This document shows, piece after piece, positions 12,840 through 25,136 of a DNA stretch of 64,000 bases. This stretch comes from Dipteris shenzhenensis (lineage: Eukaryota). How positions within the stretch are numbered: position 1 is the first letter of the stretch; each line of letters opens with the position of its first letter. Both the position numbers and the translations under genes were made by a program. The DNA lies in the NCBI GenBank assembly GCA_047967505.1, contig CM106538.1, one strand, 5' to 3'. A model generated the notes under the pieces. The model had not been told where the DNA came from, did no database searches, and saw nothing but the letters and a program-made list of their open reading frames with translations.

Positions 12840-15800
12840 TTATGCGCGTGGTTGTGTTGTCGGCTGTGAGAACTCTCGTGGAATTGGTCTGAATATGTCT
12901 GGATGTGGGTAATGTAGTATGCGCAGTCTCGTTCTCTCAGTCACTCTGGACAACATCACGTATGCCAGGCCAGGGGCAAACACTCCTCGGAATATGAGCA
13001 GCGCTTTGTTGGATATGGTTGCGCCTTGGGATTTGTGTCCCGTGATAGCGTATGCTAGGGTCAGTGGAAATGTGGACTTGTGGAACCATTTTTCATTTAT
13101 TGCCTTTCGTTGATGCTTCGAGCGTCGTAATGTGAGCACGGCTGCTGTTGTGTCCACGACGACAGTGATACTGTTGATTTCCCCCCTGCTAGTTGCATTG
13201 ATGCTCTTGATTTTGCACATTGCTCCATTTGCGGCACCTATTGCGAGGTCGATGTTTTCCGTTATCATTGCCTTCGCCCCCACGCAAATTTTTCCTATCT
13301 CGTTGAAGCTTTTGTCCTCCAACCATTCTTTGAGAGCTGGTTCGCTCGCGGCGTTACTGTGTATTTGAACATGCACAATCGTCTCGGGAGTGTTGAATTT
13401 CTCCACAAGCTCATCGTTGAAGGTAGCGACATCGACTCTGTGTGTGCAAATGATGGTTGTTTCGGCATCGATGAAGTGGCATGCACCTTCCTTGTCGACA
13501 ATGCACTGCCCCAAACAGTCGGAAATCTCGTCAGTTGTGGGCGTCCTGAGTCTTATGGTATGCAAGAATGCGAGGAACGGCATGTCGCATGTCGCACCGA
13601 GAATTGCATGTGGTACATTTTCGCTGCAGGCCAGTGCGCGGAGGGCGTGATGTGGCACGGTTCGCAGAGATCCTCGCGGTGTTTGCAGACTGGCGGTAAT
13701 TGTGCCAGGTCTCCAAAAATTATCAGCATTTTGTGTCTGAATGGCTCATGCAATGTGCCATTAGTGACATTGACGATTTGTCTTACCACGAGATCGAAAG
13801 TCATCCTTGTTAGCATGGACATCTCGTCAATGATGATCGCGTTGGCTTCCTTGATTGCGAGGTGTCGCTCATCCGTCTCATGGATGTTCAGTGGGTATTG
13901 ACTGCTGCGCACAGGGATCTTGAATTGGTAGTGTACAGTGGTTGCAATCCCGCTCAGCCGCGTCGCAGCCGCCCCTGTTGATGCACAGAGTATTGCCGTT
14001 TTGTTTTGCGCTACCAGATGCGAAACATAGTATCGTATCAAGAAGCTTTTGCCGCTACCTAGTGTTCCACAGACAACGTGTAGCCCCGAGCTTGTTGAAG
14101 CCAGGCTTTCGAAGACTCTTTGTTGTTCTACTGTCAATGCGGCATTGGCGACGGTGCGAAACTCGGCCATTTTTTGCAACATCCTCGTGCGTGTTGGCCC
14201 TTCGACGGTTTGCTGGCCGATGTTAGGCGCTTCCATCGGGCAGTCTCGGATGATCGCAACCTTTTGCAATATCATATTGATCAACTAGTCCGTGTGGTCA
14301 GTCGCTAGCAAGTTCCTTTGCGTGTATTCGGTCACATACATCTCGAGGTCCTCGTTGCTCAATATGAGGCCGCGCATTTGGCATTCGACAAAGTAGGATC
14401 CAGCTGTGTTGGCAGGTGATATGAGCTCGGTTTCATTCCTGAAGCTGAGTTTTCGCAAGAGCACGTTGTAGAAGTACCCCTCTGGTTGATGTCCAGGGTG
14501 GTAGTCAGTGAATCTGACTACTCGCTCACATTTTGCGATCCTGTTGCCGAAGAGGTCAAGACCGACGGTTCCACGTTGCGTTTCCTTGGGCTTTCGTATC
14601 ACATATTGCCTATGGTAATCGTAGAACGTGCTTTCCTCGATGACGCTCGGTCTCCCGTAGTATATGTCGACCGGGTGCAGGGTGACGTTGTTGTTTCGCG
14701 AGACGATGCGTTGTCTTAGAGATGGTGGCGAGGAGTCGACATAGTGAACGGTCTCGCTCCTTGTGATTGTTGGTATCTGCATGCAGTTTAGCGCGGCCTC
14801 TGTTGGAGAGGTTGGTTTTGATAGGAAGCTCGCGGCGATGAGTTTCAGCTTTACTTCGTCGAGATGTTGCAACCCCAAACGTGAGGCGTCTTCTGAACGG
14901 ATGTTCAGTTTGCCCATTGGTTCAGATTTCATCGCGTACTTGAGGAGGTAGTGAGAGATTGAAGAGTTTGTCACCCGCTGTATGTTCATGTGCGCACCCC
15001 ACAACAGTAACACGGAAGGGTGGTAGGGGACGACGTTTCGGTGCTCATGTCCCGGCCGGTAATAGAACCAACGTTGCGTCAGAGGGTCGAGGATGGGTTC
15101 ATATTCTGGCTGTGTTGCGAAAGGGAAGCCGTGCTTGCAACTGTGGTGTGACGGTCCGACGTAGCACGCTTTCCTGCATACGTGCGATTGCTTCCTGAGA
15201 ACTAGTTCTCGCAGCCTTGTGTTTCGAGGATCCAAGGCCTCGTCCCTGGGGACGTAAGCTGCAATCTCATTTGCAATTCGCTGACGGTCATCATGGTGGA
15301 CCCACAATATGACATGGGCGTGTAGGGAGCCCCTGTTTTGTATCTCATAACGAACGACATGGTGTTGTATTCGGCCAAGCAGACCGTCGGATGAAAGCAA
15401 ATGCTTGCGCATGAACATGTGGAAGCGTGCGTGGAAAAGTGCCACGCATTCAACAGGACAGTCCTTCCAAGTGAATTGCGCATTATAATGCGTTGCGATG
15501 CTCTCGATCACATTAATTTCTTGCCACCGTGTATCGGTGACCTCGTCTGCAGTGAATGTCAGAAAGAAATCTGGGAGGCCCCAAGCATCGACCATCGTTA
15601 TGAGGTCCTTCAGTTGCCGTCGATGCCACGATGGGGACCCCGGCATTGTTGATGGCATGCTGTAGCGAAGCACGTGTCTCATTGCGTCTTCATCGGTCGT
15701 GGCAGGGTTGGCTTTTCTATATTGGTCGATGTCTCGTTGCAAGCATGTAGAGTTGCTTGAATTGGCAATCATCACTGCCTGTTTTAACTGGAACATGATC

Positions 15801-16900
15801 AACAGGTACGGCTTGTAGAGCGTGTAGATAGAGAATAAGGTGCATATTCTCATTTTCACATAGTTGCTGAACTGTATGCAGCCATCATAGTAGCCCCGTC
15901 CGAAAGGGAACAGGAATGGGAACACTGCTGACTCCATGGTTATGTCAATGCACGCACTGCCAGCTGCTGCTACTCCATCGACGTGGAATGAAGCGACCCT
16001 CTCTGAAAGCATTTCTGTACCCCGTAGCTGTATGGAGGCAAACTCATGCTTGTCCCTTGCATCAAAGGCGCGACGGTTCGCGGGGTCCACCATGTTTTGC
16101 AAAAGCAGGAGCTCAGGCTGAGATTCCGCTATTGACATTAACTCGAAGGGAGCTGTCTCATCGTGTAGTTCCAAGATACCTGCAATGGTTTGAGGACTCA
16201 AGATGCACATACCCATCTTGATGTCCGCACGCTCTGCTAAAGAATTGTACTTGCGCAATATTGGATTGTTCTCGATGTTGTATGCGAGCACACCTGACAG
16301 CTCGTTCGTCACGATTTCTTGAGCCGAGCTTAGTGGGACGTTTCGCCAAGATATCAGAGGATTGTCTAGAAGTGACCTTCGATCGAGTGTGCCACGAGCA
16401 ATCGCATTTGCAGTCGTGGTAACTGAAATGGATACATCTATGATGCTTAGCAGTTGCGTGTGAAGGTGGTTTGTTTTAAGCAACTGCCGAGAGTACTGTG
16501 GCATCAACCGCACAATGTATCTGCTCCGCTGGGCATCTCGTGTGCAGCTTTGGCATTTCCAGTAAGTCACTTGCATGCCCATATTCTGGCAGGCATCCAA
16601 AAGTATCATGTTTCCGAGTGCGGCGCTGTGGCTTGAGATCCCTATGCCTTGCGAAGAAACGATCCTTTGGTTTGCAGACACTAGCGTGGTTATGCCACAG
16701 ACACCGCAGATTTGAAGGCTAGAGAAAATAGCCGCGCAATTACTAACCCATTGCTTGTATCTATCTGCGATGGTCAACCACGATGACGTAGCTGGCCTCA
16801 AGGACATCTTTCTTGATGTTATATCAAGTTGAATAGCTCGATCTCTGGCTGCTCTGAGCGTTGACGAATGGTCATGTTCGAAGGAGTTTCCGGTGGTCAT
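12840..16900 (-). pseudogene. Helitron-type RepHel transposase (HUH Rep + PIF1/SF1B helicase), broken by one in-frame stop and one frameshift
   Basis: Rep: FPFLFPFGRG, PGSPSWH, motif 1 PDFFLTFTA, motif 2 RYEIQNRGSLHAHVILW, motif 3 YLLKYAMK. TAG at 14285-14287 is in frame with the helicase N-half (GTLGSGKS, IIDEMSM, GDLAQLPPV). A frameshift at ~13585-13590 (SVRHA/DMPFLAFLHTIR) leads to the C-half (FPLTLAYAITGHKSQGAT, GLAYVMLSRV). Confidence 0.93.
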
Positions 16901-17099
16901 TTCTACATCGTGACATGAATCGATGTCTTATGTTCGGGTTTAAACACCTACAGGGATTAATAATAAAAACCATCCGAAACTTTGCTACAATTTCACTCTC
17001 GTGGTTTTGTCTAAACGCAACAGGAAAAACAAAATGGACTGAACCTCTATCTTTAGAAATTGAAAGAATTGATAAAATAACTTGAATCAAGCAAATACA

Positions 17100-19400
<2,301 letters not shown>

Positions 19401-19592
19401 CTGCTGACTAAGCGGAGGTATAAAGCAGCATGCAAAAACATGGGAACAACAGAACAATGGAAGTGAGGATATTAGGGAAGCTCCCGTTTGACACTCGCCA
19501 AAACTGCCCACGAAAGACACTCTCCATCATATCTAGACTGCGAGTATATCATGCTTTCTAAGAATTAAGATTGTTTTACAGTGCTACTGCGC

Positions 19593-19748
19593 ATATAAGC
19601 TTCCAAAAGCTAACGGCAACAGATTCAGTGATAATTGAAGTACGCAAGCTTGCAAACACCAAGGCCAGCAATATAAGCTTCCAAAGGCTAACGGCAACAG
19701 ATTCAGTGATAATTGAAGTACGCAAGCTTGCAAACACCAAGGCCAGCA
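19593..19748. repeat. Tandem duplication, 2 x 78 bp
   Basis: ATATAAGCTTCCAAA...CAAGGCCAGCA at 19593-19670 and 19671-19748, with one mismatch. Confidence 0.95.
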
Positions 19749-20014
19749 TTGTTGATGAGCTATGTGGTTGCCCGACTTCTGCATCTTAGGAGAAGAGTCT
19801 TGGGATGTATACGAATACAAGCTCCAAGCAGTAATGTTTTTAAAATACATGGATTGGCAAGTAAGGAAGTAGAAGCAAACCTGATGGTGATGATGAATGA
19901 TGAACAAACAGCAACACACTTGAATTACACACTTGAAATTACAATGTTTTTTTATGTTTCGCCTATATTTAAAGGTTTTGCCATGGCTTTTTACGCAGCT
20001 TTTCAAAAGCTTTC

Positions 20015-20097
20015 AAAGCTTTTGGGCTTTCAGAATTTAAAAAAAAAGCTTTTGGGCTTTCAGAATTAAAAAAAAAGCTTTTGGGCTTTCAAAATTA
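20015..20097. repeat. Tandem repeat, 3 x ~30 bp (AAAGCTTTTGGGCTTTCAGAATT + A-tract)
   Basis: Three near-identical copies about 70 bp inside the junction with the Gypsy fragment. Confidence 0.9.
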
Positions 20098-21295
20098 GAA
20101 AAATCTAAGGGTGTATATTGTGCCATGTGGAAGCACAGGATTTCAGAATTTGAAAAAACGTCCTAGTGCTGGCCAAGTAAAGAGATGGTTGGCTTCAGTG
20201 CAGTCTATGATTTTGACATTGAGTACATGAAAGGGAAAGAAAATGTGGTTGTAGATGCCTTGTCCAGGATGTGGGCTTGCACATTGTTTGCTGTCTCTAC
20301 CATTCATCAAGATTGGATCATGGCATTCAGGAAGAGTACATGCAGAATTCAAAGGCAACTGCCATTTTTTCAAAGTTGCAGGATCCCTCGTGCCAAAGTC
20401 TTCCTAACTTTAAATTGCATAGTGGTGGAAGGACAGAATTTACCTAGTGCAGACTCACAATATAGGCAGCTGGTCTTGCAAGAAATGCATTCCTCTCCAA
20501 TGGTTGGACATACATGTGTCACCAAGACGTATGAGAGAGCCAGATAGAGCTTCTTCTTGGAAGGCATGTAGCAAGGTGTGGTCAAATATGTTGCGGAATG
20601 CTTGCCTTGCCAACAAAATAAAGTGGACAGCAAACTACCAGCTGGTCTATTGCAACCATTACTTATTCTAGAGGGCAAATGGACACATATAGCAATGGAT
20701 TTCATCATAGGCTTGCCATCTATAGAGGGGATGGGACAACATTTATGTCATGGTGGATAGATTGACAAAACATGCCCATTTCATACCCACTAAGACCCGA
20801 TATTCAGCATCACAGGTTGCTTGGCAGTTCATTGACCAGTGTTTAAGCACCATGGCTTGCCTGAGGAAATTGTCAGTGATTGCGATCCAAAATTTATGGG
20901 TCACTTTTGGCAAGAATAATTTACAGCAGTGTGCCTTTACTCTCACCTAGCATTGCACACCATCGTGAGTTTGACAGACAGGCAGAAAGGGTGAACAAAT
21001 GGGTGGAGGAATACTTGAGCCATTTGGATGACTGGCTGGCACTTGCTGAATTTTGCTACAACAATACCAAGCATCTCTCTAATTGCATGAGCCCGTTTGA
21101 GGTAATGTATGGGTGTAAAGTGGGAATGCCTTCCTCAATTGCTGACATTGCTGTGAAAAATCAGCAAGCACGAGATGACTTGGAAAGGATGGAGGCCCTT
21201 GTGCAATTGGCTAAAAAGCATATGCAGGATGCCCAAGCCAAGCAGAAGAAATATGCAGATGAACACATGAATATTTGGTCTTCAAAGAAGGAGAT

Positions 21296-21741
21296 CATAG
21301 TTGCAATGAAACACGTTTTTTTTTTTTGGGAAATGTTTTCAAACGTTGCCAAACGTTTGGAAATAAAAACACGTTCTTTTGGTAGTGGTTTTTGGGGCAA
21401 AAGGCCCTAAGGTCAAATTTTTGCCCTTTTTTTAATCAAACAGTCCAAGGAGCTGTCGCCATCACGCTTTGTTGGAAAATGCCTTCTTGGGCTCACTTCT
21501 GAGTGTATGAACATATTAGATTGCTGAAATGTTTTTCTCTATGTTCCTCAACGTCTGGGTGCCATTAGTGCATGAAATAATGCATTTTAGGTCCCAAGAA
21601 TGTGTACTTATATAGTAGACGTATAATTTTTGGTAAAACAGGCACTTGGGGAAAATTTTGAATCGAAACACGTTTGGAAAATTTTCCAAACGTTTGGGAA
21701 CGCGTTTTTAAACGTGGGTTTCCAAATGTTTGGCAGCTATG
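21296..21741. mobile_element. hAT-type MITE (446 bp) with 8-bp TSD
   Basis: TSD AAGGAGAT at 21288-21295 and 21742-21749; TIRs CATAGTTGC / GCAGCTATG (8/9 match); internal AAACGTTT motifs. Removing it restores the integrase reading FKEGDYVHL. Confidence 0.85.
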
Positions 21742-22376
21742 AAGGAGATTATGTGCATTTACATCTCCACAAAAGTCGTTATGCTTCATTGAGGAATAAT
21801 ACCAACACAATGTTTGCTCATCGGTATTATGGCCCTCACAGGATCATCTGGGGAGGTAGCATATCAATTGGAGCTACCAAGCACCTCCAAGATTCACAAT
21901 GTGTTTCATGTGTCTTTGCTGAAACCACATGTAGGTCAGCATGTGAACATACTTCTAGAGCTGCCATCTAGGGATGAGGAGGGTCATATGTTCCCAAGCG
22001 CATTGTGGATTTTAGAGATCGAGTACTCTGCAACAAGGTATATATTGAGTACCTCATAAGATGGAAAGTGCTTCCAAAGGATGAAAAGTCATGGCAACCA
22101 TAGAGTATTGTCTAGGAGCACCCCTATCTTTTACCAGGCTGATCAGCATCACTAGAAGCTGCAGCACCCTTGTGTAGCAGCTGGTACATGTAATTTTGAG
22201 GGCAAAATTCTAGGGGAAAGGATGGCTGTAATGAAGGGGGGAAATTGGCTATGATAGTGGCCCTTCAGATGGGAATTGTGGAGAAACTATGTAAGTCTCC
22301 ATCCACCATTCATTGTGCACTTTTGATGTGACATCTAATCTATCTACTCCCCCTCCACCTTCCTCCTACCTGCAGC

Positions 22377-22379
<3 letters not shown>

Positions 22380-22428
<49 letters not shown>

Positions 22429-22431
22429 TCT
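22380..22431. repeat. (CT)n microsatellite within the Gypsy LTR
   Basis: Read directly from the sequence. Confidence 0.95.
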
Positions 22432-23189
22432 CCTACCCCTTCTCCTTCTCTTACTCCTCTCTCTCCCTTCCTCTCACCCCTTTCTCTAATCTGTCCCCTA
22501 GCCCCTTTTCTACACAGAGGCACTATTTTGATGAAGCTACGAGCTCACCAACATTATTGGTTGTTGCATGTGTGCAGAGCTTTTGGAATTTCTATCTTCC
22601 ACCACATTTCTTGACCATTTCTATGTTTGGTTTAGGCAGCATCTCCTGTGTTTCTGCTTTCAGTTGTCCATGAAGGTGAACTTTTTGTGCACTATCGTTA
22701 GTGTTGTCTACTCTCCTTTTTGCTTTCGCTTAGATCATCTAGGCACATAAGCCTGGGTGAAGCATCTCATGGTATGTGGTTGCTCTGCTTATGTGCATGT
22801 GCCTCGTGTCAAGAAGAAATTAGTTGCAGAGTCCGTTAAATGCTTCCTTATGATTTTGCGGAGGATAATGAGGGAACCGAGCAGCCAAAGGAGACAGGTA
22901 ATTGTGTATTTGTGGTGAAGCTTAACACAATCAGCATTGTGTTTTCCATAGCTGCACATAAGCACTGTTCCATCTTCTAGATGAAAGCCAAACCAGTATT
23001 GTCCAATGGGTATAAGGAAGAGGAACTATGTGGAACAGTTAGAGGCATTTGTCTAGAAAGGGACAGGAACATGCTGGGTTCAGACTAAAAAAAGCATCTT
23101 GTAACCTCAATAGGCATTAAGGGCTTGATATGCTAGAATAAATCAGCACTGTTTTTGATGCATAAAAGGGAACAATGCATTTGGGTATA

Positions 23190-23355
23190 GTATCCGAAGC
23201 AGCACTATCACTCATTGGTTTGCACTTGGGACCAAACATAATTCATCATATTGACTCCAAGGATCATGCCAAAGATGCATGGGATGAGTTGAACACAGTG
23301 TCTGGTGCAAAAGCCAAAAACCATGAAATTCATCTGAAGATTGAATTCTATGGAC
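23190..23355 (+). mobile_element. Ty1/Copia gag fragment
   Basis: AALSLIGLHLGPNIIHHIDSKDHAKDAWDELNTV resembles the Copia gag (UBN2-type) AKxxWxxL segment. Confidence 0.6.
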
Positions 23356-23363
23356 CACTGGCG

Positions 23364-23588
23364 AGGATGAATGCCCAGATTTACCAGGTAAGAATTTGAT
23401 GAAGGAACAACATGTAAAAGAAAATAAAGCATGGGTTGAAAATTCCTGAAAGGTATTGCATTGGATTTCCATTAGGAACACTATAGGATGAATGCCCAGA
23501 TTTACCAGGTAAGAATTTGATGAAGGAACATGTAAAAGAAAATAAAGCATGGGTTGAAAAATCCTGAAAGGTATTGCATTGGATTTCA
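23364..23588. repeat. Direct duplication of ~105 bp (period 121)
   Basis: AGGATGAATGCCCAGATTTACCAGG...GCATTGGATTTC starts at 23364 and at 23485. Confidence 0.9.
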
Positions 23589-24854
23589 ATTAGTGTCTCA
23601 AAAACTTTGATCCCCCACATCAAGAAAGCTACAAATCCAAAATAAGCCTAGGACATTATTGTTGAAATGTATGGCACAAGTGCAGATTTATGGGAGGTGG
23701 TCAACGTCTAGGACCTAGGTGCATGTTTTCTTATGGTTTGGGAGCAGTAACCTAGTGCAGTAACAGGCATCGTAAAGTGGATTTGACAGCAATGGTAGCA
23801 TAGCTGTGTTTTGTGACAACAGAAGCTATATATGCCCTCCCAAAAATCTCTTTTCCATGCTACCGATAGCCATGTGCAGGTGGAGTTTGCTAATCATCAT
23901 GTGGCAGCCCAGAATATGGATCTGATCTTTTGCACCACAAATCAAGGAATATTTTCAGTATTAGAAGTTTATAGTTAGTTTTCAATGCTTTTGATGCACT
24001 GAATCATAGTTGTTTTTGGAATCTGACATCATTTGTGCAACCAGGGCAGCTTATGAATGTAAGGGGCAAATAAAATTTTTGGCCTTCCATGTGGACTGCC
24101 ACATCATCTAGGGTTTCCAAAACTCTAATGTGAGTCTACATAGGTCTGTGTACACATACTTGTGCATGTTGTTCCTTTCCAATTCTGAGAGTTCAATCAA
24201 TGCAAGCTGGCTGTTTTCTCCCTCTTTATGCGTTTATTTACTCACAATTCAATTCAACATTTTTCAACTTATCGATTGATCATTGGAAATTCTAGTTGCT
24301 ACTTACAGGTGTTGAACTTCAAGAATAGCTTGACTTAAACAAGTGCATGCCCATGCCCTTTTGTTGCAGTTGCAATGTTTTAATCAGCACACACATCACT
24401 GGGAGATCCGGTAGGATGTTTTTGAAGTTTCACAGCTCAGCTTAGTTTTGCAAGAGACTATCTTGTGGATTAATGTGCACATTGTCACGATGCATTGCTG
24501 TTGAGGCCTCTATAATAGCTGGATGCAAGATTATAGCTTCACAAACTGATTTTTCACTGTCTGAAATACAATCTTAACGCTTGTAAGTACAGCAATTCAA
24601 TGACCTACATAGACCTATGCACACAGATTGATGGTGTCTCAAAGAGATGTCGAAGCAATACAGTAAGAAACTGTCATGTTAGACTTTTTCTGAACTTCTT
24701 AATTCTAAGGGGACAGGACCTTTCTGTTTGTTTGGATAGTACACTGGAATATTAGCATCAAGGTCGTTTTTGAGATTTTGGCTTTCCTTTTGCTCTCTCT
24801 TTGGCACTGAGATGTTATGTGTAAGAACCACTACGTCACATTGCTTTTTTGCAG

Positions 24855-25136
24855 GATGTGATCGAGGAATCTCAGTTGTACTCAAGCTGGTGGGACTTCT
24901 ATTTTACCAATGTTACTCGTCAAATTGGGAATATGAGCATGCCAGAATATGAAGCCAGCCTTGGCAGAGAGCTTAGTACCAACTATCCATTGGTGAATTT
25001 TTTGATAGCTGCTGATGCAGATTTTTTTATTGGTGCTCTTGGATCCACATGGTGCTACTTGATAGATGGTATGCGGTCTACAAGTGGAAGAGTAATGTCA
25101 GGCTATTTGAGTGTAAACAAATACAGATTCTGGTAG
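24855..25136 (+). CDS. Last exon of host alpha-1,6-fucosyltransferase-like gene
   Basis: gcag|GAT acceptor; encodes DVIEES...YEASLGRELSTNYPLVNFLIAADADFFIGALGSTWCYLIDGMR...GYLSVNKYRFW-stop, the conserved C-terminus of this plant family. Confidence 0.9.
   Translation, partial: DVIEESQLYSSWWDFYFTNVTRQIGNMSMPEYEASLGRELSTNYPLVNFLIAADADFFIGALGSTWCYLIDGMRSTSGRVMSGYLSVNKYRFW

Larger units (their letters stand above)
20169..22750 (+). mobile_element. Decayed chromoviral Ty3/Gypsy 3' part: RNase H end, integrase, chromodomain, PPT, 3' LTR
   Basis: YDFDIEYMKGKENVVVDALSR; integrase Zn finger (HSSPMVGH...CLPCQQNK); WTHIAMDFIIGLP; AEFCYNN; AYQLELPSTSKIHNVFHVSLLK; chromodomain-like EYLIRWKVLPKDEKSW at ~22050-22095; purine tract 22212-22226 then TGTAAT at 22227. 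The LTR right end is approximate. Confidence 0.85.

Noticed and set aside
13553-16900. Rep and helicase as naturally separate genes or programmed readthrough/frameshift
   Set aside because: The single in-frame TAG and the frameshift inside a helicase motif are most simply decay; a family consensus is needed to exclude a natural split.
19593-20097. CRISPR-like array
   Set aside because: Head-to-tail repeats without unique spacers, no cas genes, eukaryotic context. The same applies to 58024-58278.
20119-20167. Canonical Helitron 3' end (hairpin + CTAG|T) on the + strand
   Set aside because: Wrong orientation relative to the minus-strand RepHel, and the hairpin is weak and too distant.
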